Assembly (NCBI RefSeq): GCF_006345805.1
Contig: NW_021834010.1
Location: forward strand, 1 to 55,917
DNA from: Octopus sinensis
Lineage: Eukaryota
Length of the DNA stretch: 55,917 nucleotides
Reading direction: 5' to 3'
Shown here: positions 22,809-36,660 of the stretch, piece after piece
Position numbering within the stretch: the first letter of the stretch is position 1
How the letters are laid out: the number at the start of each line of letters is the position of its first letter
The notes under the pieces: generated by a model
Database searches by the model: none
What the model saw: the letters and a program-made list of their open reading frames with translations, nothing else
What the model was told of the DNA's origin: nothing
Position numbers and translations under genes: made by a program

Positions 22809-24996
22809 TAGGCTCATAATATGGGTTTCCCGGATGTTATAGCTATTTATTCCACGCACACACATACACACACAACACACAACCATACAGATATACATAT
22901 GCATATATACACATGTATATGTGGTGCAGGGTTTAATCAACAAATAACTGTTAGAAGTGTAATGGAAACAAGCCTTCAGGACGTGCTACTCAGAACATAT
23001 ATACGTGTAATGAAATAGGATGAATAAGTACAAGTCCGTTGCCGTGTAATTGATAGATACGCATTAACCTAGGAACTGTGCTATCTGTCTGTGTAAGAGA
23101 AATATTTAATTACTAAGGGGCCACGCCGTATCAAAAGGCAATCGAGGCAATATATATTTATATATATACATAAATATATATATCTGTGTGTGTGTGTGTG
23201 GTGGAGTCACACTTGTATGGTATCTATTTAAGCGGAAAATTACTCAATGCTGTTATATAGACTGATATAATATTTGGTCAAAGCTCTGTCTGCATGGGTT
23301 TGTGCTTTGATATTTTTCGTTCCTTGTGTACAGAAGCCTCTCCCACCCTCCCATTATGCGTACATAGATACATACTCATGTCGTTACGTAGATACATATA
23401 TACATACATAACTACATATCTATATATATTATGTTATATATATATATATATATATATGTATTCATGTATATATATATATATATATAAATACATATATATA
23501 TATATGTATTAATGTTTATGTATGTATGTATATATATATGTATTTATGTATATGTATTTATGTATATGTATATATATGTATTTATGTATATGCATTTATG
23601 TATATATATATATATGTATTTATGTATATATATAGGTATATATGTATTCATGTATATGTATTTATGTTTATTATATATATATATGTACTTATGTATATAT
23701 ATACATACATGTGTGCATGTATTTATCGATATATGTGTGTGTGCGTGTGAATGTATTTATCTACATACATATATATTCAAATATATATACATAAATGCAT
23801 ACATGTATATATATGCATATATATTATATGTATATATATATATATATATACGTAAATACACACATATAGACATAAATACACAGACACACGCACACATATA
23901 TATACATACATACAGCTTTACATATATACACTTATGCATCTACGTATAGGGAGATGAATAGATTGACTGACCGTTAGACAGACAGACAGACAGATAGACA
24001 GATAATGCACAATATACATAAACTCCTCATACATACGTCAGATTTTCATATATCAAACATTTGGCGAATGTTGCCTCATGTATATAAAAACCCCTTCATC
24101 TACGTCTGATTACTGTATACACTCTTAATATCCTCTATTTATTCATTATTTATCGTATCTATTCATTATATGACCGACCCAAGAACCCTGTATACAATCC
24201 TAAAACAAGGCATGAAAAGGGCGTCCCTTTTTGCAAACATTGTAATTATGCAAAGGTTAAGAGACTGCAATAAATTCTACTGGACTATATAACTGCAATT
24301 TATATAAAATGATTGATACGGGAGCTTGTGTGTCTGTTCGGATATAGGTAATATTCGCTGTGTATAACTGCGTGCATGTCATGTTACATAAAAGTGATAT
24401 AGAAATACACAATATTGTAGAAGATTTATGTGAAATGGTACCACGTAGTATTATAAGTTTGTTTGATAAGATGTCATTGGTTTATGATCGATGGCCGGGG
24501 ATTGCATTTAATTTCAAACGCGATTTTAAGTATTCTACCTTCAACGGGTTCTTGGAATATTGGAAAGTTGTCGGTGACTTGCCCATCGATGTTCGACATT
24601 TTATTGTGTATTATTCAATGAAAAGGTAGCAGAAATGCATATAATAACGATGTGTGTTGTTGCTTTTATGGTTGTAGTTTTTGTTGGCGTTGTTGTTCTT
24701 GTTGTTGTTGTTGTCGTTGTTGTTAATGTTATTGCTTAAGCCCTGGTTAGCTCCGATCATCAGCGCACATTTAATATCTTTGATTTCAAGCTGTGATCAC
24801 ATGACCTATATTTCAAACATCGTTAAATCGTAGTCGTCGTCGTCATCGTCGTCATCATCGTCATCATCATCATATTCGTCAACATCATCACACCAATATT
24901 ATGATTCTCGTGGGGTCGATTCGATCCACAAAAATATTTCAAGGCGGTGCCCCATCTTGGTCGCTGTCTAATGACTGAAAGAAGTAGGAGATAAAA

Positions 24997-25042
24997 GAGA
25001 CAGACAGACGGACGGACGGATGGACAGACAGACGGACGGACG

Positions 25043-25081
<39 letters not shown>

Positions 25082-25175
25082 GGACAGACGGACGGACGGA
25101 CGGACGGACGGACGGACGACGGACGACGGACGGACGGACGGACGGACAGATGGACAGACAGACAGATATATAGAT
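24997..25175. repeat. (GACA)n/(GACG)n tetranucleotide microsatellite
   Basis: Directly visible. Confidence 0.95.
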
Positions 25176-25713
25176 AGATATTATTTTTATACAAGAATGT
25201 TGTTGACAGTGACTTCGATGTTTTAGCCAGCTTAGATATCATCCACAGTTCGATGAGAGCTTAGCCCACAGAAACGTCGAAACCACTATCTTCTGTAAGA
25301 AAAATAAATTTGTACTATAGAAAAGTATAGAGTAACCTATTAGATTAAGGTGAAAATTGTTTTTATTATAACTGAGCATTAAGATAAATATTTTGATAGA
25401 TAGATAGATATACATAATACATACATGGGCATTCAAAAAACGTTTAATATTACATCTAGTTACAATTGTATTCTCCTTACAGCTGTATCTATGCATAGTT
25501 TTATTACTGCATAGAAATTGATTTATCTTTTTTTATTTACAAAGTTGGCGCTCGCTACAATCGGTTTCTATGATGAAGTACAATTTGTTTAACTGACAAA
25601 CATTTATTCGCAACTTTACTATACATACATGTATGCAAATATATATATGTGTATGCACATCTATCTACCTGCCTGTCCGTCTATATATCTATCTATTTAT
25701 ACATACATGCATG

Positions 25714-25747
<34 letters not shown>

Positions 25748-26546
25748 TTTATATATATATTTACAAATACGAATGTTCATCTATCTTTCGATCTATTTAT
25801 CTGTCTATACATACATGCGGATACACACATCCATGTAAATATATACGAGTAAAGATATATATATGTATATATATATATGTATATATATATACATATATAT
25901 ATGTACATTAAAATATATACTTGTGTATAGATGTAAACGTATGTATATACATATATATATATATTATATATATATTATATATATATATATACAGACAGAC
26001 ATATTTGGACGCACACAATTGAATATAATTATATAATATATATATATATATATATATAAATATATACACACTCACATACATACATACAAGTGCATATATA
26101 CACATGTGCGTCTCTCTGTATATATTTGCATGTGTGCGTGCATACGTATGTATGCACGCACGTATATGTGCGTTCATATGTATTTCTCTAAGTATATAAA
26201 GCAATTTCCACAACATCCATACATCTAACATACATACGGATACATACCAACGCATACACATCAATTTGAGCACAAACAAAAAAGAAAGAAAGACCACACG
26301 GTGCGCATGAAATGAATTCCCTTGTTAAATATTGCAAATATTTTTCTTCATATCATTTTTTCTTATTCACCCAGATTCCTTCAGGCAGAATGTTTTAATT
26401 TCCACAGTTATTGTTTTTCTAACTGATATCTATACACATTTATTGTCTTTCATAGTTTTTTGTCTTATGAATTTCTTGAATATCTTTTTTTCACTTACAA
26501 TATAGCTTGTTTGCAATTCCTTCGTTTACGTATAGTTTTTTCTGTG

Positions 26547-26597
<51 letters not shown>

Positions 26598-27166
26598 ATG
26601 TATGTATGTATATGTATATATGTATCTATGTATGTATATGTATGTATATATGTATATACATATATGTATATGTATATATGTATATGTATATATGTATATA
26701 TGTATATGTATATATGTATATATATATATGTATGTATATATGTATGTTTGTATGTATATATAAATATATATATATATATGTGTGTATGTATATATAAATA
26801 TATATATATATATGTGTGTATGTATATATAAATATAATATATATATGTAAGTATGTATGTGTATATATATGTGTGTATGTATATAATATATATATATATA
26901 TGTAAGTATGTATGTGTATATAATATATTATGTATATATATATATATATGTATATATATAGGCAAGGAACCCCACCATTTATTGATTTGTATAATATATG
27001 TGTGTGTATATGTATATAATATATATAATATATATAGATATGTTACGTATGTATATATATATAGTATGATATATATATATGTATATATATAATTATGTGT
27101 GTGTGTGTATATATGTATATATATGTATATATATATATGTACGTATGTATGTATATTATATATATA

Positions 27167-27211
<45 letters not shown>

Positions 27212-27911
27212 CAATTTCTTTATATGTGCTTTGCTTATGCATACATATACACGTTTATATTTTTGCTAATATAAGTATACCTACGTGTGTATATATATGT
27301 GTATATATATGTAAATTGATATTCTTCCTTTCTTTCTTTCTTTCTTTCAACCCCTTCACACTTCGTTCTTTCCACTCTTTTTTCTTTTGCTCCCTCTGTC
27401 ACATTTCCTGGCCTTCCTTTCGTTCTCACCTTCCCTCCTCTTTCACTTCACTTTGTCCCTTTTCTTTTTTCTCGTCCCTCCCTAATTCTTCTCTCCCTCT
27501 ATCTCTCTCCTCTCCTTCTACGCGACCGGTGGTGTCGGCGAGGCCTGACCTTTATTGGTTCGACTACTATCATCCGTGCAACATCTATATTCCTTCCCAT
27601 GCATGTCATCTCCTATGTCACTGCCGTAAGGCTTCACTTCCACACACGCAAGCTTAATTTAACTCGTCCTTAGTCGAGAGACACCTGTTATTAATATCCT
27701 GTTGTTTGCATTTGTATTTGTGTACCAATTCTCCGTTTTTTTCGTCCTTGTTTTCGTATACAATTGCTGCTTTCTTCCAAGGAATCTAGTGCTGTTAGCT
27801 TAGATTTTTCTTGGGGATAGCCAGATTAGAGCAGTCTCGATTATAACCAGCCGAAAGTGCAAAGATATTCTGGGACTCGACCGGTGAAAGAAAACTCCGA
27901 ATGGCACGCCC

Positions 27912-27912
<1 letters not shown>

Positions 27913-27961
<49 letters not shown>

Positions 27962-28185
27962 TGTGTATGTGTGTGTTTCTCCCTCCCGACATCGCTTGAA
28001 AACCAATGCTGGTGTGTTTGCGTCCCTGTAACTTAGCGGTTCGGCAAAAGTGACAGATAGAATAAGTACTAGGCTTACAGAGAAAAGTCCTGGGGTCGAT
28101 TTGCTCGACTAAAGGCGGTGCTCCAGCATGGCCGCTCTCAAATGACTGAAACAAGTAAAATAGTAAAGAGAGAGAGAGTAAGAGA
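27913..28185 (+). mobile_element. SINE family A 3' half
   Basis: (TG)n followed by the family A 3' half and tail. Confidence 0.88.
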
Positions 28186-28626
28186 GAACATTCCAGAAGT
28201 TTGTTATTTAAGTATACGTGTGCATATCTAAATATGCAACTAAATGCATGAGAATATATACATAAAACATAACATAAAAATCGGTACATATACATACATA
28301 CAAAAAATATCGTCTTGATTCCAATGAAGGTGCTTTGGATCTAGGATAGAATCTGACACTTTCTCTATTGGCAAAAAGCATGAAATAAAACTGAATTATG
28401 ACATACATACAAGATTAAGCATAACGTGCCGGATATTGTTATTTGAGACACTAAGTTGTCCTGCTGATGTGAATATGACTTTGAAAATCAATGAGAAAGA
28501 AGATATTTATGGACAGCTGTTTTGAAACCTCCAGCTTTTGTATCTGGATTGCAAATTTACATTTATACCAATAATAATTAGTGCACTTGGTTTTGTAAGT
28601 AAATGCCTAATTGTCAATCTGGATAA

Positions 28627-29048
28627 CTCTTTTACTCTCTCTTTCACTCTTTTACTTGTTTCAGTCATTTGACTGCGGCCATGCTGGAGCACCACAATTA
28701 GTCGAGCAAATCGACCGCGGGACTTATTATTTGTAAGCCCAGTACTTATTCTATCGGTCTCTTTTTGCCGAACCGCTAAGTGACGGGGACGTAAACACAC
28801 CAGCATCGGTTGTCAAGCAATGCTAGGGGGACAAACACAGACACACAAACACACACACACATACATACATATATACATACATACACGACGGGCTTCTTTC
28901 AGTTTCCGTCTACCAAATCCACTCACAAGGCATTGGTCGGCCCGAGGCTATAGCAGAAGACACTTGCCCAAGGTGCCACGCAGTGGGACTGAACCCGGAA
29001 CCATGTGGTTGGGAAGCAAGCTACTTACCACACAGCCACTCTTGCGCC
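28627..29048 (-). mobile_element. SINE family A, full length
   Basis: Reverse complement of the family A sequence from head to tail. Confidence 0.92.
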
Positions 29049-29539
29049 TATAAGCTTGGATTTTCAGAAAAGGAAATCAACCAACTGATTCGCACATTCC
29101 AAAGCAGAACAGTAAAACTATGTAAGATTTTTCTCGGGTTCACATTGTGATAATGTTTACGTTATCTACGTTTCAAAGATGGAGCTTTGCATCGTTATTA
29201 GACACCAGTTTCTTCTTCGAAGGAAAAATTTAAATAATTGAAAACAGAAAAGTACACACACACACACACACATACACACACATCTATTATATAGAAGGTC
29301 ACTTTTGGAATTTCAATTCAGCTTCGCGAGTCTATAACTGTCTCACTGTATTTGTTTAATGTCGGTTCTCGTTGGAATATTTGCTTGCAATCCAACGTAA
29401 CTTTTCTAATTATATAGACAATCACAGTTTAATTACATGCATACTGCACACACACACACACAACACTTATACACCCATACATAAAATTATACATAGATAT
29501 ATAAACGTATATGTGCATGTATATACACACACCTATATA

Positions 29540-29717
29540 TATATATATATATATATATAATGTATTTGTTTATATATATATATATAAATGTATTTGTTTA
29601 TATATATATAAATGTATTTGTTTATATATATAATATATATATATATATAAACGTATTTGTTTATATATATATAAACGTATTTGTTTATATATATATATAT
29701 AATGTATTTGTTTATAT

Positions 29718-29772
<55 letters not shown>

Positions 29773-29915
29773 GTATTTGTTTATATATATAATATATATA
29801 TATATAACGTATTTGTTTATATATATAAATGTATTTGTTTATATATATATATATATATATAATATATAAACGTATTTGTTATATATATATAAATGTATTT
29901 GTTTATATATATATA
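29540..29915. repeat. VNTR: ~11 copies of (C/T)GTATTTGTTT separated by variable (TA)n
   Basis: Directly visible. Confidence 0.9.
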
Positions 29916-30329
29916 TACATATACATATAATTGTGTGTGTACAAGTGTATATGTCTGTGTTCATATATACTTAGCTATGAGGGGAGTTGTATGTATGCAT
30001 AGAATTATTCAGCAATAAACATTTTATTAAATCAACAAATAAACATATAAATGTATATATACATAAAGGTAAAATATATGGCGCTCTTTAATTGTTGTAT
30101 ATTAATGAAACATTACACGTGTTTATGTAAATATTGTATTGTGTGTCTTGTGTATATGTTATTAATGAGACATCAGGACTTTCTATATGCGCCTAAGCTG
30201 TGCATCTATGCATATAATGATATAGAAGCACAAGGAAGTATGCGTATTCATGTGTATCTATTTATATATGCATTTGTGTTTGTGCATGTGTACATATTAC
30301 ATATGTGCATATATATGATGTGTGATGTA

Positions 30330-30362
<33 letters not shown>

Positions 30363-30443
30363 CGTATATCTATAGATAGATTTATATATATATATATATA
30401 TACATATATACATATATAAGTATGAGTATATAAATATGTACAT

Positions 30444-30489
<46 letters not shown>

Positions 30490-30553
30490 TCATACGTGTG
30501 TGTGTGTGCTTATATGTATATATTTATATGTGTGTATATGTATACATTTCTAT

Positions 30554-30608
<55 letters not shown>

Positions 30609-31319
30609 ATGTATGTATATTTGTGTGCGTGTGTATCAAATGGAATCTTCTGTATTTCTCCATTTTTATTAAGTTTATTTTTTTTTTTATGTTGCCTGGT
30701 CTGTCTAGGGAATCGCATCGCCTCGCCGCCAAACCAACACCACCACTAACACCGGCACCACCATAGCAAACACACACACACCCCACCTCTCCCACGATAT
30801 CACCTTTGCCATTAGGCTTTTTGATGTTTGTAATTATTATCCGTTAGTTATTAGTAAACACCAATTTTTCTAATTATCTTTTGAAACGGCGACAAAACAT
30901 ACCAATTAGTTGAGTAATGACAGAAAAATTTACGAACTAAATTCCTTTTTTTTTTCTAGTCTAAATGATATGCTTTGGATTTGGTGAGTGCCATAGATTA
31001 TAGATGAAAATTTAAGGGTTGCATTCTCAGCTCATCGACCTCTAAGTTTTGCCCCACCATTTCCGAGTCGACGGTCAAGAATTTATTTTTGTTAAATATT
31101 TTTTTTCGTGTTCTTTAAACTTCTTTTCATGTTGCTAACGATTTTGATTCCAACATGTTTGTTACGCAATCAGTATTGTCTCTTATAAAACATTTTACCT
31201 ACCAATTCCGCTGTGCGTCATATTTTTTTTTTTTTTTTTGCAGCTGCAAACTAATTTTGTTATAAATTAGACGTTTCTCTTTTGCTTGGTGTTTTTTTTT
31301 CTAATTTTTAAAAAAATCT

Positions 31320-31878
31320 GGTGTAACGCTGTAGTAAGAAGTTAGCTTCCCAACCGGATTCAGTCACATTGCGTGGCACTTTAGCCACGTGTCTTCTACA
31401 ACAGCCTAGGCCCAACAAAAGCCTTGTGAGTAGATTTCATAGACGGAAACTGACAGAAATTTGTTGTATATATATATAGGCGCAGGAGTGGTTGTGTGGT
31501 AAGTACTTGCTTACCAACCACATGGTTCCGGGTTCAGTCCCACTGCGTGGCATCTTGGGCAAGTGTCTTCTACTATAGCCCCGGGCCTACCAATGCCATG
31601 TGAGTGGATTTGGTAGACGGAAACTGAAAGAAGCCGGTCGTATATATGTATATGTGTGTGTGTGTGTGTTTGTGTGTCAGTGTTTGTCCCCCTAGCATTG
31701 CTTGACAACCGATGCTAGTGTGTTTACGTCCCCGTCACTTAGCGGTTCGGCAAAAAGAGACCGATATAATAAGTACTGGGCTTACAAAGAATGAGTCCCG
31801 GGGTCGATTTGCTCGGCTGAAGGCGGTGCTCCAGCATGGCTGCAGTCAAATGACTGAAACAAGTAAAAGAGAGAGAGT
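31320..31878 (+). mobile_element. Decayed family A 5' half (31320-31478) followed by a full-length family A copy (31479-31878)
   Basis: Match to family A. Confidence 0.9.
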
Positions 31879-32933
31879 ATATATATATAAACCTTTCTCT
31901 CTCTGTATATTTCAGTGTTCCTTTCTGTTGAAGAGCGTAGGCTGGAAACGTAAAATACTTTCTCCCTTCCCGAACGTTAAACTAATACATCTGTCTGTTG
32001 TTTACACACCCATCTTCGTCTTTTGCTTTGCTTGTCTTTTTTTTTTTTTTGTAAATTCTAACTAATATATATATATATACATACATATATGTGTATATAT
32101 AATATTAGCGGCAGAGACAGTATCATTATCGCGAGATAATGTATACACACACATATATTATCTTGTTAAGCCTATTTCTAGATATTCTATAGCCGGCACT
32201 GGTTTTTGGTGCAGCGTTTCGTATATATATATATATATAAAGTTAATCCAAACATGAAAACACAAAGAGAAAACACAACAACGCGAGGACGTGGAACAAA
32301 TATAGTATTATTGGACGCTCAGTAAGGAAGGGAAGAAGGTGGATTTTACGTTTCGAGCGGAGCTCTTCGTTAGAAACATAGGAAAACGAAAGATCCAGAG
32401 AAGGGAAGACGGAGGGAAAAAAATCGCCAACGGTACACACGCGGTCACATTTTGAATATATATATATATATATATATACTTACATATAAACATGTGTGTG
32501 TGTGTATTAGAGACATAGTATTATTATCGAGAGGTAACGTTTATCCCCACTTCAACGGTATCTACCACTCGGTATTAATACTGATAAAGCCTCTAATATA
32601 ACATTTTTAACAAGCTCACTGTCTAATCGTGTCACCAGCACCTAATGTAACCAAACTATCATGGTCACATACCCCAATCAACCCTTTTGTGGTGAAAATT
32701 GATATAAACAACCTTCAGTTATATATTCGCTGCTTCCAGTGTTAATGCCATATCGCCTGAGGAAACGAACACATGAACTATGATCCACCCGATGTCCATG
32801 GATACTGTGGACTCTACTGTAATCATCCTAAGACTATGGACTATGATCGTAAGAATCATGTGATTTGTGGAAACACACGTAGCGGTGCATTAAAATACTT
32901 ATAAATTCCATCCATGGATTAAAAAAATATATG

Positions 32934-32969
<36 letters not shown>

Positions 32970-33121
32970 TTATAATTCCAAACAAGTGGGCGAATTGAAG
33001 AAATGAAGATGAAAACGTGCAGAGAATAATTGAGAATTAATCAGAATTTAATTATATTCTAAAATATATGAATGCACTTGACGGATTTCGTATGATTTTC
33101 AAAAGTGTATAGTGTATACCA

Positions 33122-33737
33122 GGAATGTGTACTCAGCACTCTACTGTATGGAAGTGAGACCTGGACGCTATACACACGCCAAGAGCGTCGCCTAAACATC
33201 TTTCACCTGCGCTGCCTCCGAAAAATCCTCCGCATCAAATGGCAGAATTATATCCCCAACAAAGACGTATGAGATGGCTTGGGCATGTTAGCCGTATGAA
33301 AGATGGCAGAATCCCCAAGGACATACTCTGCGGAGAGCTTGCTAGGGGTACTAGGTCTGTGGGTAGACCGATCTTACGTTACAAGGATGTTTGCAAAAGG
33401 GACATGAAGGCCTGCAACATCAATATTAGCGGTTGGGAGGCAGTTGCCGGCAACCGTGGAGAATGGCGACGTACCGTAAAAGAGGGAACACAAAGGAGTG
33501 ACAGAGAGAGAGAGGAGAAATGGAGGGAAAAGAAGAGACGTCAACAAGAGACTATGGCATTACAACCAGCCAGGAACAGTCTTCGCTACATTTGCGGCAC
33601 CTGCCAGAGGGAGTGTTTGTCCAGGATAGGACTACACAGCCACAGCAGGAAATGTATCAGGACATGAAATGTAAAAGCCGGACTAGACTACTTTATGCGC
33701 AACTCCATTGTCTCCCGAGACAGAAAGGATGCCAACC
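33122..33737 (+). mobile_element. RTE-clade LINE 3' fragment (RT C-terminus, terminal zinc finger, 3' UTR) with an internal deletion/frameshift near 33268
   Basis: CVLSTLLYGSETWTLYTRQERRLNIFHLRCLRKILRIKW / MRWLGHVSRMKDGRIPKDIL.GEL..G.R..GRP.LRYKDVCKRDMK...CGTCQRECLSRIGLHSHSRKC are standard RTE ORF C-terminal motifs. Confidence 0.93.
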
Positions 33738-33777
33738 ATAGTTTATGGACTTGCGTCGCAAATTATGTCTATTCTGT

Positions 33778-33910
33778 CCACTGACGTCGACTTTGCCTTT
33801 TGTCCTTTCTGGGTCGATAAAATAAGTACCAGTTACATGCTTGGGTTGATGTAATCGACTAACCTCACCCCCTAAAATTGCAGGCCTTGTGCCAAAATTT
33901 GTAATCAGTA
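33778..33910 (+). mobile_element. 5'-truncated SINE family B (B2 tail)
   Basis: gtcgactttgcc...aagtaccagtt...ggccttgtgccaaaattt. Confidence 0.8.
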
Positions 33911-35878
33911 TTTATTCTTAGAATTCGAAAGTATTGATAAAACTGCATAATGGATTCTTAAATGAAATAATTTATGAGCCAGGTCTGATAAATATGGAAC
34001 AATAAAATCGCAAGCGCCATATTTTACAACTAGCATAATTTATATTTTCGGTATCAGGACTGTCATGATACTTTGGTTTCGTCAATAGAATGAGGCACTC
34101 CGTAATCGGTAAATTATGGTTCGGTCAATTGCTGTTCTTCAAATTCTCTGCACATGTTAAATGTCAACTCTGTACTGACCCAAGGTGTTTCGACTTTATT
34201 CGCACTAAGCGACCATCTTATAAAATTTTACCTTACATCACCTCGTTAATCTCCATCATTGTTTTGCTTCCTTAATTACAAGACCTTTATCGAAAAAGGA
34301 ATTCTAATCTCAATTTTCTCGTTCTCAGTACGTTTTCGTTTTTTCTATTTTCTTCTTTCGTAGCTATCTTAACCTTGAAAAGGATGAAAGACAAAGATCT
34401 TTAACTGGATTCGAATCCATCAACAACGCGTACTAATGGAAGTTAATACTGTAAGGTATACACTTAGATCGACGTTCAAGTATTTCTGGGGGCTCACTGT
34501 GCTTCAGGGTTTGTAAAACCTGTGGCAGCAATTATAAGGTAATTGAAGGAATAATGAATAATGAATGTTGCGTGATGAATGATGATCGTTATCTATACGA
34601 GAACGAGGAAGCCGGGGGGAACGGATGGCAGAATGGGTAGATTAGCAGATTAAATGCCTTCGGGTGTTTAGTGCACACGTGTACATACGCCTGTACATAT
34701 TCATGAGAATAAAAGAATGTGTGTATGTATGAGTATGTGTGATTATACGTTTGTATGTATATGTGTTTGTGATTAGGTGTAAGCTTTGGTATTAGGTGTT
34801 TGACGTAATTTCTCTGGATTCGTTTCGATGCAGTAATTAAATAAATCTAATTTAGGATTAAGAGATGTAAAAAACAAAAAACCGTGCTTAAGAAAGAAAA
34901 AAAAAAGTCATTTATTTTCTGGACTCTGTTCATTTCACTTTCGACAAGATTTAAGAGTTTGTGCATAGCAAAGTAGATGAGGCAACGAATAGAATGCTTG
35001 CCAGTTCAAACTTCGTTGAAGCCAAATTTTGTTTTTATCATTCCGGGGTTTTATTAATTAATATAGTAAGCATTGTGGATTCATTGTTCCATCACAGAAA
35101 ATGCGGGGATATTTTTAAAGCAGGATCCTCTTACTTCTTTGCACTTGTTATAGCGCTCCAATCATTTTGTTAAGGCCCCATGGAAATCCTCCAAAGCAAA
35201 GATCTTTGTCAGCTTCCTTCATTTTCAAAACGACTGGCTCTGAGGTTCTCCTTCAGCTTGGAGAACAGCAAGATCTGGACGGTTGTCAGAGTGAGGGACA
35301 GGTTTTATGCCCATTTCTGTCAAGTAGTCGGTTACCAGGATGCTTGATACTGAGTACCCTCGCGACAAGCTTTTCACAATTTTTGCGCTGGTTCAAGTCT
35401 TCATGAATACTTCTGTGAACAATTGCCACACCATTGCCAAACTGTATGCTTATTGTCTTTGTAGACACGCGACAATCTTCATCCGTTGCGAACTTTCTGA
35501 ACCAGCTTTGATGTTCTGACATCCTTCTCATTCTCACACCTCTCATCGCTTTTGACCGCTGACCTATGCCGTCCTTGAACTTCTTGTATCAGAGAAAAAC
35601 AGATGCTGGGCTCAGACACATTAATCCATGAGACGTCTTGATCATTTTGTAATCTATCTGTGGCATTTTCCCCAGTTTGGCACAAAACTTTATTGCGTAG
35701 CGAGTGTCCAACTTGTCTTCGTGTCCTCACAGCATTCAGCAAAATAGTCGGCAGCAACATTCAGTAGAGAGTAGTATTCAAATTGTTTTCTCCTTCAATC
35801 TGGAAAAAGAAAAATCTTCAGGTCAGCTCCTTAGATGTAGAGTAATGTTATACAAAAGTTAGAATAATCTAGGATTGT

Positions 35879-36133
35879 CATCATCATCATCATTGTTTGA
35901 CCGTGGTCGAGACAATGGAATTTACCATGCTACGCCAGACTTCACGGTCCATCATAGCATTACGGAGGTCCTGTTGCTGGATGCCTATATCCCTGGAGAT
36001 TACATCAGGGTAGGAGAGTGTGCGCGACTCTGGTATCGCGAGTAGATGGCTTCCAGAGGAGAAGAGTAGAAATTGCTTCGTTTTCAGCTCTACAACAATG
36101 TCCAGTAAACTGGACTCTCCTACCTTTCACAAG
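35879..36133 (-). mobile_element. RTE-type LINE 3' fragment with (GAT)n tail
   Basis: KGRRVQFTGHCCRAENEAISTLLLWKP / YPDVISRDIGIQQQDLRNAMMDREVWRSMV; possible TSD aggattgt (35871-35878, 36134-36141). Confidence 0.8.
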
Positions 36134-36146
36134 AGGATTGTTATAA

Positions 36147-36480
36147 AGGGCAAAGTCCCCCTTCGGTCATGAACGGCCAACGGATTTCATCTAGAAAGTG
36201 CTCCTCCGACGCACAGGCTCGAGCAAACTTGTTTATGGAAGACCAGCAGTCGCCCATGCATACCGGCCTTTTCTCTCAACGCCACTGATGTTATTCCGGG
36301 GGAAAGGCAAACGCCGACACAGCTTGGCACCAGTAACGCCGCAACTCATTTCCAAAGATGACTGAACTGGAGCAACATGAAATAAAGTGTCTTGCTCAAG
36401 GACAAAGCACATAGCCCAGTCTGGGTATCGATCTCACTACCTCACGTTTCGGAGCTAGATACTCTAACCACTGCGCCTTC
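36147..36480 (-). mobile_element. SINE family D, near full length
   Basis: tRNA-like head, CORE-like gtccttgagcaagacactt on the minus strand; TSD aggattgttataa (36134-36146, 36489-36501). Confidence 0.8.
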
Positions 36481-36513
36481 TTGTTATAAGGATTGTTATA
36501 ATTGACTCTACTC

Positions 36514-36660
36514 CGCCGAGGTCGACTTTGCCTTTCATCCTTTCGGGGTCGATAAATTAAGTACCAGTTACCCACTGGGGTCGATGTAATCGACTTAATC
36601 CCTTTGTCTGTCCTTGTTTGTCCCCTCTATGTTTAGCCCCTTGTGGGTAGTAAAGAAATA
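36514..36660 (+). mobile_element. 5'-truncated SINE family B (B1 tail)
   Basis: Perfect 17-bp TSD tataattgactctactc (36497-36513, 36661-36677). Confidence 0.93.

Noticed and set aside
34820-34870. Cluster of TAAT/GGATTA homeodomain-like sites
   Set aside because: Expected by chance in such AT-rich DNA; no conservation data.
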